DNA of 11,171 nt. It comes from Candidatus Methylomirabilota bacterium (GTDB lineage: Bacteria; Methylomirabilota; Methylomirabilia; Rokubacteriales; CSP1-6). The DNA is taken from assembly GCA_046726415.1 (NCBI GenBank), contig JBKPAK010000117.1, positions 1-11,171 of the forward strand, read 5' to 3'. Positions 1-7,911 of this stretch are shown piece after piece (position 1 is the stretch's first letter; each line of letters begins with the position of its first letter). The position numbers and the translations under genes were made by a program. The notes below the pieces were generated by a model. The model was given only the letters and a program-made list of their open reading frames with translations. It did no database searches and was not told the origin of the DNA.

Positions 1-1007
1 GCTCTGTTCCTAGCCCGGAACAACTCACGACCATGTGCGATAGGTAGGCCGGTCCTTCCATATGGTCTACCGCCGCCGAATGGGCCGACCTCGCGACCTC
101 CGCCCACGATCCCCGGGCAACGGTACGCTCCACGCGGAGGAGCGAATGGCGGTCCGCACCCAGCCAGACACCGCAGCCACGGCCCCTGGCGAGATACATC
201 GGCCGCTCCGATGATTTGCCTCTAACCGATTCGGCTGCCGTCGCAGACCTAGATCATTGAACGCGTACTCCCCAATCAGGGTCACGAACACGATGCCATC
301 GCGCACAGCCCACAGGACCGGCATGCCGCATCAGGCCATCAGGCGGGAGAGGCGTAGGATCATGGGTCAGCCGTCCAGCACGGGACGGCCGGGTCCCACC
401 GACGGAGCGGATTCGGTGTCCGCGTGGGCTCCCATATGGGGATGAGACTCCACCAGCCCTTCGAGGCACGTCTCCGGTCGCCTGCGGTGAGCTTGGCGCA
501 GCGCTACGGGAGGAAGGCGTGGTGCCGTGGCGCCGTCACCGGCCGCAGGCCGCGTCGAACCGGGATTGCAGCCGTCAATCAGTGTCCCAGGGTAGTCGAA
601 GCTGAGGGCGGTTGGGTCGCTGGTCTCGGAGCACCAACGTTCCCGTCTCGGTGCCGGCATGCGTGGTGAGCCACGCCTCGCCGTGCCTGGCACGCAAGCT
701 CCGGACCGACTGAGCCTGTTCGTCCCTACCCCTCGGGCCGTGTCCTTTGTCCAGACGGACTCGGTTCTATGACGCTTGGCTCACCGCCGATTCCGTCTGT
801 CCGTCACCGCGGGGTAAGATTCCTGGCCCTCCCCTGCCGACCTCCGGCCGCTCTTGCCCGGCCAGGCGGGGTCGCGATATGGTTTCGGCGGCAGTCGGGG
901 TGGAGCGCTAGCGGTTCCCCGCCTTGCCGGTGAGATGGTTCGGCGTCGATGCACATGGTGAAGGCCGCGCTGGAGCGCGAGCGGAGCACGCCGTCGGGAA
1001 GCACGCC

Positions 1008-2093
1008 GTGACACGCTCGGACCTCCGGATCGCCACCGTGTACACGCGACGGCCCGTCGGGCCCTCCGAGATCCATGCGATGGACCGGCTTCGCTGGCTT
1101 CGCATCTCCGAAGGACTGGCGGATCTCGGCTTCTCGGTGGACATGATCGTGGAGGCGAGCCAAAATCTCGGATCGCCGCGGCCGACCCTCCGCTCCGTGT
1201 CGCCCTCGAGGGTGGATTGGTCCGTCTACCATGTTGTCAAGACGCTGTATCCGATGGGCTTCCGGACTCTCCGCGAGACCGGCGGAGAGGAGCATCCGTT
1301 CATTCTCTCGCGAGTCGGCGGGGTCGTCGGCCCGACCGACTCCACCCCGGGCGTGTACTTCTTCGGCGAGGAGCGTCAGGCGCTGTGGGAGGCCCACCTG
1401 ATGATCCGAGAGCGCGCCCGATACGTCACGCTGATCACGGACGCGAGCCGCGCGCTCTGGCAGGCCCAGCACGGCCTCCACCCGCCGGTGATCATTGTGC
1501 CCACCGGTGTGGACCGGGAGATCCCACCTCCAGGACGAAACCCCTTTGCCGGCTCGCCTCTGAGGACCGCGGTGTATATCGGCAACCTCTACCCGCGCGA
1601 CTCTCAGCCTGAGCTGAACCTCCAGTGGCAGGAGCGGCTGAACAGGCTCGGGGCCAGGCTCCTGACGCGAGGAATCCGTCTCTACTTCGTGGGGCCCGGG
1701 CTAACGGAGCGGCTCGACGAGCGGATGGTGACAACCGTCGGGCCGATCTCCCACGAACTGATATGGGACTACCAGTACTTCGCGGACGTCGGGATTGTCC
1801 TGGCCCGGGGCGCGGTACAGATCGATGATGCGAGCAAGCTCTACTACTATCTCCGGGCCGGCCTCCCGGTGGTGAGCGAGGCGCCCGTGCCGAACAACCA
1901 CCTCATCACAGAGTCAGGCCTCGGCTACATCGCGCCTTACAACGACGACGTCGCCATGGTAGAGATGATTGACGCCGCGGCGCGCCGATTATGGGACCGC
2001 CGGGGGGCGCAGGGGTACGTCCTCGCCCACCACACCTGGGAGCACCGGGCGCGAGTGTACGAGCGCATCCTCTCCGCCGAGTTCGGAGTGTGA
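1008..2093 (+). CDS. GT-B fold glycosyltransferase (GT4 / Glyco_trans_1_4- or CgeB-like), about 361 aa
   Basis: Long ORF (924-2093 in the track). The likely start is GTG 1008, after GGGAAG at 996-1001, giving an N-terminal strand 'LRIATVY'. C-terminal domain motifs: 'IVPTGVD', 'AVYIGNLY', 'LYFVGPG', 'ADVGIVL', 'SKLYYYLRAGLPVVSE' and terminal 'HHTWEHRARVYERIL', typical of GT-B enzymes. Confidence 0.8.
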   Translation: MTRSDLRIATVYTRRPVGPSEIHAMDRLRWLRISEGLADLGFSVDMIVEASQNLGSPRPTLRSVSPSRVDWSVYHVVKTLYPMGFRTLRETGGEEHPFILSRVGGVVGPTDSTPGVYFFGEERQALWEAHLMIRERARYVTLITDASRALWQAQHGLHPPVIIVPTGVDREIPPPGRNPFAGSPLRTAVYIGNLYPRDSQPELNLQWQERLNRLGARLLTRGIRLYFVGPGLTERLDERMVTTVGPISHELIWDYQYFADVGIVLARGAVQIDDASKLYYYLRAGLPVVSEAPVPNNHLITESGLGYIAPYNDDVAMVEMIDAAARRLWDRRGAQGYVLAHHTWEHRARVYERILSAEFGV

Positions 2094-2314
2094 GCACTGG
2101 CCGGCGGGTCGCCGCGGGCGCCGAGCAGCGCCAGGAGGGCCTCAGCGTGCGGCACGGCCCTTGGTCGTGGCGGGGCGTCCCCCCGCGCATGGATCGAGCG
2201 ACGAAGCCAGCAGAGCGTCACGTGGCGGGAGTCCGGTCGGTATCGCGTCGCCGCGATAGGCTCGCCACCTTCGTCACCACCTCACTCGCCACCACTTCAG
2301 AGGAATCGACTGAG

Positions 2315-3877
2315 ATGACACACGAGCGACGATCGCCTCGACACGCGGCCGCCGGCCGATTCGGCCTTTCTCTGTTGGCCATAGTCCTGGCCTTTGCCAC
2401 GCTCACGAGCCACGCGGATGCCCAGGCGCCGGTGCGGGGCGGGACGTTGCGGATCGGCTGGATCCCGGGGGCGAAGACGCTCGACCCGCACTTCTCCGTG
2501 GAGTTCTCTGAGCGCCACGTCTGCTACTTGGTCTTCAACACGCTGGTCGCGCTGGACCGGGGCTTCACCGTGGTGCCGGAGCTGGCGCGCGCCTGGCAAG
2601 TGTCCCCGGACGGCAAGCGGGTCACGTTCCAGCTCCAGCACGGCGTGAAGTTCCACGACGGCACTGATTTCAACGCGGACTCGGTGAAGTGGAACATCGA
2701 GCGCATCCTTGATCCGCAGACGAAGTCCCCCCAGCGGGCCCAGCTGGAACCAGCCATCACCTCGGTGACGGTCGTCGACCCGTACACGGTCGCGGTCGAG
2801 CTCAAGAAGCCCTTTGCTCCGCTGCTCGCGGCCCTTGCGGAACGCCCTGGCTTCATCGTGTCGCCGACAGCGGCGCAAAAGCTGGGGCCGGAGTTCGGCC
2901 AGCGCCCGGTCGGCACGGGCCCCTTCCGGTTCGTCGAGTGGGTGCGCGATGCCCAGGTCACCCTGGAGCGGTTCCCGGACTACTGGGACAAGGGCAAACC
3001 CTACCTGGACAGGGTCATTTACCGCGTGGTGCCCGATCCGACGGTCCGGTTCACCATGGTGCGGACCGGGGAAGTGGACATAGCGACCGACGCGGACGCG
3101 AAGGACATCCCGAGTCTTCGCAACGAGGCGAGCCTCCGAGTGTCAGAGACGAAGCCGGCGACTCGATGGAACGCCCTCCAGTGGCACGTCGACGAGCCGC
3201 CCTTCAACAACAAGGCGTTGAGGCAGGCGATCGCCCTGGCGATTGACCGGAACGAGCTCCGGGACGTGCTGCTGCGCGGCTTCGGCGAGCCGGCGCGCGG
3301 ACCGGTGAGCCCTGGCCTCTGGTGGTCGAATCCGAGCTTCCAGGGCCTTGGCCACGATCTCGAGATGGCCAAGAAGAAGCTCGCCGAGGCGGGTTACCCG
3401 AACGGGTTTCGGGCCAAGTTCGTCGTCGAGAACACTCCGCAGTGGATCCGACAGACCGAGCTGCTGCAGGCCCAGCTCCAGAAGATCAACGTCGGGATGG
3501 ACATCGAACCGGTCAACCCCGCGGACGCCTACTCGCGCATCGTGCAGAGGAAGACGAACTGGACATACGCCAACTGGACCCAGCGGGCCGACCCCAACGG
3601 GCTCCTGTACATCCTCTTCCACAGCAGGGGACACGCGAATACGACGGGGTACAGCAATCCCAAGGTCGATGAGCTGCTGGAGCAGGCGGCGGGGATCTAC
3701 GAGGTGGAGCGCCGGCGGCCGCTCTACTACAGCGCCGAACGCCTGATCACCGACGACGTGCCGTATGTCTTCCTGAACTACACGGCCGAGTTCGCCGTCA
3801 TGAGCCGGAAGGTTCAGAACTGGGGGTGGATCCCGGACCTCATTCCGCGCTACCGCGACCTCTGGCTTGAGAAGTAG
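2315..3877 (+). CDS. ABC transporter substrate-binding protein, family 5 (DppA/OppA/NikA-like), about 520 aa, with signal peptide
   Basis: ATG 2315 follows GAGGA at 2300-2304. Signal peptide 'GLSLLAIVLAFATLTSHADA|Q'. SBP_bac_5 motifs: 'GGTLRIG', 'TLDPH', 'PELARAWQVSPDGKRVTFQL..GVKFHDGTDFNADSVKWNIER', 'PVGTGPFRFVEW', 'LRQAIALAIDR', 'AKKKLAEAGYPNGF', 'YSNPKVDELL'. The 1991 start in the track overlaps the upstream gene and is unlikely. Confidence 0.95.
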   Translation: MTHERRSPRHAAAGRFGLSLLAIVLAFATLTSHADAQAPVRGGTLRIGWIPGAKTLDPHFSVEFSERHVCYLVFNTLVALDRGFTVVPELARAWQVSPDGKRVTFQLQHGVKFHDGTDFNADSVKWNIERILDPQTKSPQRAQLEPAITSVTVVDPYTVAVELKKPFAPLLAALAERPGFIVSPTAAQKLGPEFGQRPVGTGPFRFVEWVRDAQVTLERFPDYWDKGKPYLDRVIYRVVPDPTVRFTMVRTGEVDIATDADAKDIPSLRNEASLRVSETKPATRWNALQWHVDEPPFNNKALRQAIALAIDRNELRDVLLRGFGEPARGPVSPGLWWSNPSFQGLGHDLEMAKKKLAEAGYPNGFRAKFVVENTPQWIRQTELLQAQLQKINVGMDIEPVNPADAYSRIVQRKTNWTYANWTQRADPNGLLYILFHSRGHANTTGYSNPKVDELLEQAAGIYEVERRRPLYYSAERLITDDVPYVFLNYTAEFAVMSRKVQNWGWIPDLIPRYRDLWLEK

Positions 3878-4020
3878 CTGGCCCGAGCATGGCGATAGGC
3901 TGGGGAGCGCCGTCCTCCACCCTCGGGCCGCCCCGTGTCCGAGAAACGTGACTAGGCACTTGGTGCTACCGTAGACCGCTCAACAGAGACGATGGAGCGA
4001 GCTTGGGACCTGCCGGCCGT

Positions 4021-5205
4021 GTGAACATCCTCTACGTCGGAGCTCTGCCACCCGCGCGACATGGTGTGGCGGTGATGTGTGGTCAGCTTCTCGAGGGGTT
4101 AGCCGCCGTCGGGCATCGGGTCCGGGCGATCACTCCGGTGAAGGTGTCCAGCAAAGCTGATCAACTCATCGCTGCCCTCCGGGGTGTGGAAGTGATCGGA
4201 CTGCCGGTGGCTGAAGTGGCCCCGGACAACTGGTTTGCACCAGACACCTACCGAGCACTCATTGGTGACGGCTTCCAGCGCATCGTGGACGCTCAGGTTG
4301 CGGTCGCGCGGCCCGATATCATCCTGATCGGCAGCACGAGCATGGCCGAGCACCTACCCCGGCTCGCTGCACCGCACGCGCTGCCCAGCGTCGTCATCCT
4401 CCACAACGATGTCGAGGCGAGGCTGAAGGACGCCCTGCCGGGGGGCCTTCACCAATCCCGGCGTGTCCTCGCTGGCTTCCGACATGCGGACGGACTCGTC
4501 GCCGTGGCTCCGCACATCGGCGAGTCCGCACGAGCTCTCGGACTCGAGAGGGTGCTGGTGATCGGGAACCCGGTGGATGTCGACCGGTTCACCCCCCGAC
4601 CAAAGGACCGTGATCTCATGGAAAAGCTCGGCATCGAGCCCGACGCCCTCGTCGTGGCGCATGTCTCCAACCTGATACCGCTCAAGCGTCCGCTGGATGT
4701 CCTCCTCGCTGCCGAGCGGGCCCTCTCCGTCGAGCCGAGACTTCTCGGGCTGATCCTCGGCGACGGCCCGCTCCGCAAAGAGATGGAGAAGGCCGCCGCC
4801 AAACGAGGCATCGGGGGTCGGTTCCGATTCGCCGGGTGGCTCGACCACGCGACCATTCCCCGACACCTGAGCCTGGCGGACGTCGTGGTGATGCCTGGGG
4901 ACTTTGAGGGGCGGTCTCTCGTGTACCTCGAGACGCAGGCGTGCGGGAGAGTTCTTCTGGCTAGTGACCTCCCGCCCGCGCGCGAGGTGATCATCGACGG
5001 GAAGACAGGCCTGCTCTTTCGGACGGGCGACGTCGCGCACTTGGCTGCGAGGCTGCTGGAGATACTGGGTGACGGGCGGCTACGGGAGACGATCGCGCGG
5101 CAAGCCCGGCGCGTCGCCGAGCGCTACGCGCTGGAGCATGTGGTGGCCGCCTACGAAGCCGTGTTTCGGGACATCATCTCGGGGCGTCCGCCGTCCGGGG
5201 CCTGA
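4021..5205 (+). CDS. Glycosyltransferase family 4 (GT-B, retaining), about 394 aa
   Basis: Starts 'MNILYVG' at GTG 4021 (TTG 4003 after GGAG is an alternative). Motifs: 'LAAVGHRVRAIT', 'RPDIIL', 'IGNPVDVDRF', 'KRPLDVL', 'ILGDGPLRKEME', 'FAGWLDH' and a canonical E-x7-E, 'EGRSLVYLETQACG', followed by 'EVIIDGKTGLLF'. Confidence 0.93.
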   Translation: MNILYVGALPPARHGVAVMCGQLLEGLAAVGHRVRAITPVKVSSKADQLIAALRGVEVIGLPVAEVAPDNWFAPDTYRALIGDGFQRIVDAQVAVARPDIILIGSTSMAEHLPRLAAPHALPSVVILHNDVEARLKDALPGGLHQSRRVLAGFRHADGLVAVAPHIGESARALGLERVLVIGNPVDVDRFTPRPKDRDLMEKLGIEPDALVVAHVSNLIPLKRPLDVLLAAERALSVEPRLLGLILGDGPLRKEMEKAAAKRGIGGRFRFAGWLDHATIPRHLSLADVVVMPGDFEGRSLVYLETQACGRVLLASDLPPAREVIIDGKTGLLFRTGDVAHLAARLLEILGDGRLRETIARQARRVAERYALEHVVAAYEAVFRDIISGRPPSGA

Positions 5206-5218
5206 TCGAGATTCAGTG

Positions 5219-6331
5219 ATGACGCGGTGGAGCGGGTGGGAGGGACCGACGACGTACGTCCTGGTCAACCACTGGACGCGTACGATCAGCGACGGTATCG
5301 GAAACTACTCGCGCGCCGTTCTGGACGAGCTTCGCCGCGAGGGTATCGACACGGCATTCATCACTCGGGACGAGGGAGTCTCGGACGCGGACTACAGGAC
5401 GTGCGTCCTCAACGCAGTGACGACCCGCTTCTCGAGCACGCAGATCGTGGTCGAGGCGCCCGAAGTGGCGTGTTCGACCTCGTTGCTTCCGCCGGAGTAT
5501 CGTGTCCACGTGCGGCTTCACTGCCCCAACGCGCTCGTGCAAGCACACAACGAGCAACCGATCGATTGGGAGCAGTTCGGGGAGGAGCTGGAGGTCGCGC
5601 GACGCGCCCACGCGGTGTCGTCGCCGTCGTACGCGCTGCTCCATGAGCTGCGGCCGTTCCTGGACGTCTCACGGATCCATGTGTACAAGAACCCGCCCCC
5701 AGCCGGAGTCACCCCAGTCGACGCGGGATCGAAGCGCCATGACGTGGTCTTTCTCGGGCGATTCAGACGGGTGAAGGGCGTCGATTTCCTCAACCCGGTG
5801 CTGAGCGCGCTCCCACCCTCGTACTCGGTCGTCCTCGGAGGCCGGGGGTCCGAGGCGTTCGCTCTGTCGCCCTCCGTCCGGTGTCGCGTCAGTGCGCGCG
5901 GCGAAGTGTTTGGCCAGGAACGTTACCGACTCCTGGGAGAAGCACGGGTGGTGCTCATGCTGAGCCGGTTCGAAAACTGCTCGATGCTGGTGCTCGAGTG
6001 CCTGGCGGTCGGCACGGTCGTGGTGGGGTGGCAGGTCGGCGGACACTCGGAGATTGCCGGACCCGATCTGATCCGACTCGTGCCGTTCGGAGATACCGAC
6101 GCTCTGGTCGCGGCGATCGTCGCCTCCGTGGAGGGCACCCGCCAGCCTCCCGATCGATTCAGGGCCGCGACGGCGCGGGTCGCCGAAGACTTCCGGCGGG
6201 GCTGGCGCCAAGTCTGGAATTCCGTGCCCGGCGGACGCGGTGTCTATCGGGGCCTTGACGCCAGCGGTGGAGCGGAGGGAGACGTGGCGGCGGCGCCCCT
6301 CCTTGCCGGGATCCGGCCTGCCTCGCCGTAA
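5219..6331 (+). CDS. Glycosyltransferase family 4 (GT-B), about 370 aa
   Basis: ATG 5219 (or GTG 5216) lies just after the upstream stop at 5205. Motifs: 'DGIGNYSRAV', 'VHVRLHCP', 'VSSPSYAL', 'VYKNP', 'VVFLGRFRRVKGVDFL' and E-x7-E 'SRFENCSMLVLECLAVGTVVVGWQVGGHSEI'. Confidence 0.88.
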   Translation: MTRWSGWEGPTTYVLVNHWTRTISDGIGNYSRAVLDELRREGIDTAFITRDEGVSDADYRTCVLNAVTTRFSSTQIVVEAPEVACSTSLLPPEYRVHVRLHCPNALVQAHNEQPIDWEQFGEELEVARRAHAVSSPSYALLHELRPFLDVSRIHVYKNPPPAGVTPVDAGSKRHDVVFLGRFRRVKGVDFLNPVLSALPPSYSVVLGGRGSEAFALSPSVRCRVSARGEVFGQERYRLLGEARVVLMLSRFENCSMLVLECLAVGTVVVGWQVGGHSEIAGPDLIRLVPFGDTDALVAAIVASVEGTRQPPDRFRAATARVAEDFRRGWRQVWNSVPGGRGVYRGLDASGGAEGDVAAAPLLAGIRPASP

Positions 6332-6376
6332 CGGCAGTGGCCGGCTCATCGTTGCGAGTACCGAGCCGATTGCCGA

Positions 6377-6462
6377 AATCAGCTCTCGACGCGTCACAAC
6401 CATAGGGACCAAGAGCATTCGATTCGATCGTCGTCGTGACGGATCGCCGTGTGCTGGATCGG
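6377..6462 (+). pseudogene. hsdR: Frameshifted internal fragment of a type I restriction endonuclease R subunit (helicase motif Ia region)
   Basis: One frame gives 'NQLSTRHNHRDQE' from 6377; an adjacent frame gives 'AFDSIVVVTDRRVLDR' (6415-6462). Together they match, from recall, the HsdR segment 'HQLSxLHDxxDxxxFDSIIVVTDRRVLDRQL'. An in-frame TAG at 6403-6405 precedes the second part, and similarity is lost after 6462. Confidence 0.65.
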
Positions 6463-6653
6463 CGCGAGAGCTCGAACGGCTGGTATTTTCGAAGACCGGG
6501 AGCCCAGGAGGTCGGCCCGAAGCCGGCTGGACGGCGAAGCGCGGGGGTCCGAGGTGTCGATTCCGTCAAATGGCGCAGAGGTCGAGGGCCGGTCGAGGCG
6601 GGCCGCTTCCTGAGGACGAAGCCGTAGTCCAGACACTGGGCCGGCTCTCAAGC

Positions 6654-6697
6654 TCGAATCGTACCCAGGAGGGCTGTATCATACCCGTCATGGATAC
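6654..6697 (+). promoter_or_regulatory. Putative sigma70-type promoter overlapped by an imperfect inverted repeat (possible autoregulatory operator)
   Basis: TCGAAT (6654-6659), a 17-nt spacer, then TATCAT (6677-6682). The inverted repeat GTATC (6676-6680)...GATAC (6693-6697) overlaps the -10 box and ATG 6690, just upstream of the HTH/NTase-like remnant. Confidence 0.3.
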
Positions 6698-6889
6698 GAA
6701 GAGCCTTCCGTGGAGAGACACCCGCGCACTCCTGTTCCTGGGTTGGCCGACGCGCTGTTTGCCAAGGCGCAGCAGCGTGTCCTAGCCATGCTTTTCGGCA
6801 ACCCCCAGCGGGCGACTTCGTCCGACTCCATCAGGCTCAACTGTGGAACGCGGAAGCCGGAGACGGCCAGCCCGCCAGCCGGCCGGTAG
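6690..6889 (+). pseudogene. Truncated 5' remnant of a winged-HTH + minimal nucleotidyltransferase (MNT antitoxin-like) gene
   Basis: The frame from GTG 6710 to TAG 6889 (59 aa, absent from the track) reads 'VERHPRTPVPGLADALFAKAQQRVLAMLFGNPQR'. From recall, this resembles the N-terminus 'LADALFxKxQQRVLxxLFGxPxRSFY' of widespread HTH-nucleotidyltransferase proteins. Similarity stops at about 6811. ATG 6690 is in a different frame, suggesting an extra frameshift. Confidence 0.6.
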
Positions 6890-6996
6890 TCCGCGGCTGC
6901 TGCCTTCGTGCCTCACGCTCCGGCCGATGCCGACTGAACCACAGACACCCGTTCGTCCGGGTCGCCGTGCCGCAGCGTAGGAGGGGTTCCCAGCCT

Positions 6997-7911
6997 GTGG
7001 CCACTCATCCTCTGAGACCGAAAGATCAGCTCGGGGAGGACCTTTGGACGCTCGTGGAGGTCCTCGATGCTCCGCTCGTGAGTGTGACCTGCGTGAGCAG
7101 CTTGCCGTCGCTCCTCAGCCAACGGGGCGCATTCCGCCTAGGGCTGGCGGACGGACGCATTCTTAAAGGGAGGCGCGTGGAGTCGACTACTGTCGCAGAG
7201 CGGATCGAAGATCTCTCCCGATTACTGGACCACCGCCATTTCCCACGGGTGTTGGCTCGGCGGGGCTGCGCCCTGCTCATGGAATGGGTCGAGGGGCGTC
7301 CGATCGCGGCGTCCGATTGCCATCCCGACCTGTTTCGCCGGTGTGGTGCCTTGCAGGGCGCGCTCCACAGTATCCCGATTGCACCTATACCGGCTCGTCA
7401 GCACTCTCAGAACTGGCAGGCCCGGCTCGATGAAAAGATCGAGGTGCTGGTGCGGCACGATGCGCTCGGACGACGAGACGGGAAGGAGGCTCTAGAACTG
7501 GCTATCGCGGACGCTCCAGACTTCTTTGCCGTGGGGTTCAGCCACGGGGACTTCTGTCTGGAAAACATGGTCGTGAGGCCTCCAGGTCACGTGTACGTTG
7601 TGGATAACGAATCGTTACTCATCGGCGCCTACGATTACGATCTAGCCCGTACCTGGTATCGGTGGCCAATGCATTCCTCCGAGCGCAAGGCCTACTTCAT
7701 GGGATATGAGGAGTATCGAAGCGCCGTGACGTTCGGAGCTCACTTCCGTCATTGGGCCATCATCGCGCTTCTAGACTCCGCGCTATTCCGAGTTCGGAAT
7801 GAGACGCGAGGCGTCTGGGTGCCGATTCGGCGCCTGCAGGCCCTTTTGCGCCATGCGCGAGGTCGTGTCTCGGGGCGTCGCGCATCCCCACTGTGGGCCC
7901 AAGTGTCTTAA
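6997..7911 (+). CDS. Aminoglycoside-phosphotransferase / choline-kinase-like (APH family) phosphotransferase, about 304 aa
   Basis: GTG 6997 follows AGGAGG at 6979-6984 (GTG 6967 is an alternative). Protein-kinase-like motifs: beta3 Lys in 'GRILKGR', hinge 'LLMEWVEGRPI', 'GALQGALHS', Brenner motif 'SHGDFCLENMVV' (His at 7543), metal-binding 'VVDNE' and 'YDYDLAR'. Confidence 0.88.
   Translation: MATHPLRPKDQLGEDLWTLVEVLDAPLVSVTCVSSLPSLLSQRGAFRLGLADGRILKGRRVESTTVAERIEDLSRLLDHRHFPRVLARRGCALLMEWVEGRPIAASDCHPDLFRRCGALQGALHSIPIAPIPARQHSQNWQARLDEKIEVLVRHDALGRRDGKEALELAIADAPDFFAVGFSHGDFCLENMVVRPPGHVYVVDNESLLIGAYDYDLARTWYRWPMHSSERKAYFMGYEEYRSAVTFGAHFRHWAIIALLDSALFRVRNETRGVWVPIRRLQALLRHARGRVSGRRASPLWAQVS

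Noticed and set aside
682..702. Possible sigma54 promoter TGGCACG (688-694) within the palindrome CGTGCC-T-GGCACG
   Set aside because: The -12 position reads CTCC instead of TTGC, so the invariant GC is missing.
67..1014. Several 60-110 aa ORFs in the first kilobase
   Set aside because: No recognisable motifs, and their composition is typical of spurious ORFs in GC-rich DNA. They may include decayed genes that cannot be identified by eye.
1991..2314. 108-aa N-terminal extension of the ABC substrate-binding ORF in the track
   Set aside because: It overlaps the upstream GT and is low-complexity. The RBS and signal peptide point to ATG 2315.
3880..3929. Inverted repeat GGCCCGAG...CTCGGGCC after the SBP stop as an intrinsic terminator
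   Set aside because: The arms are 34 nt apart and there is no U-tract.
3954..3972. Sigma54-like GGCAC...TGC and extended -10-like TGcTACCGT upstream of the GT4 pair
   Set aside because: GG-to-GC spacing is 8 nt rather than 10. The -10-like element has no supporting -35 and is too weak to call.
5069..5218. N-terminal extension of the second GT4 ORF
   Set aside because: It overlaps the preceding GT4 by more than 130 nt. A start at 5216/5219 fits operon spacing.
6240..6785. 181-aa + strand ORF
   Set aside because: Arg/Gly/Pro-rich with no motif. The recognisable signals here (hsdR and HTH-NTase relics) lie in other frames.
6997..7911. Calling the APH-like gene an antibiotic resistance gene
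   Set aside because: The fold motifs are shared by many small-molecule kinases. The operon context favours biosynthesis, and no specific aph allele is recognisable.
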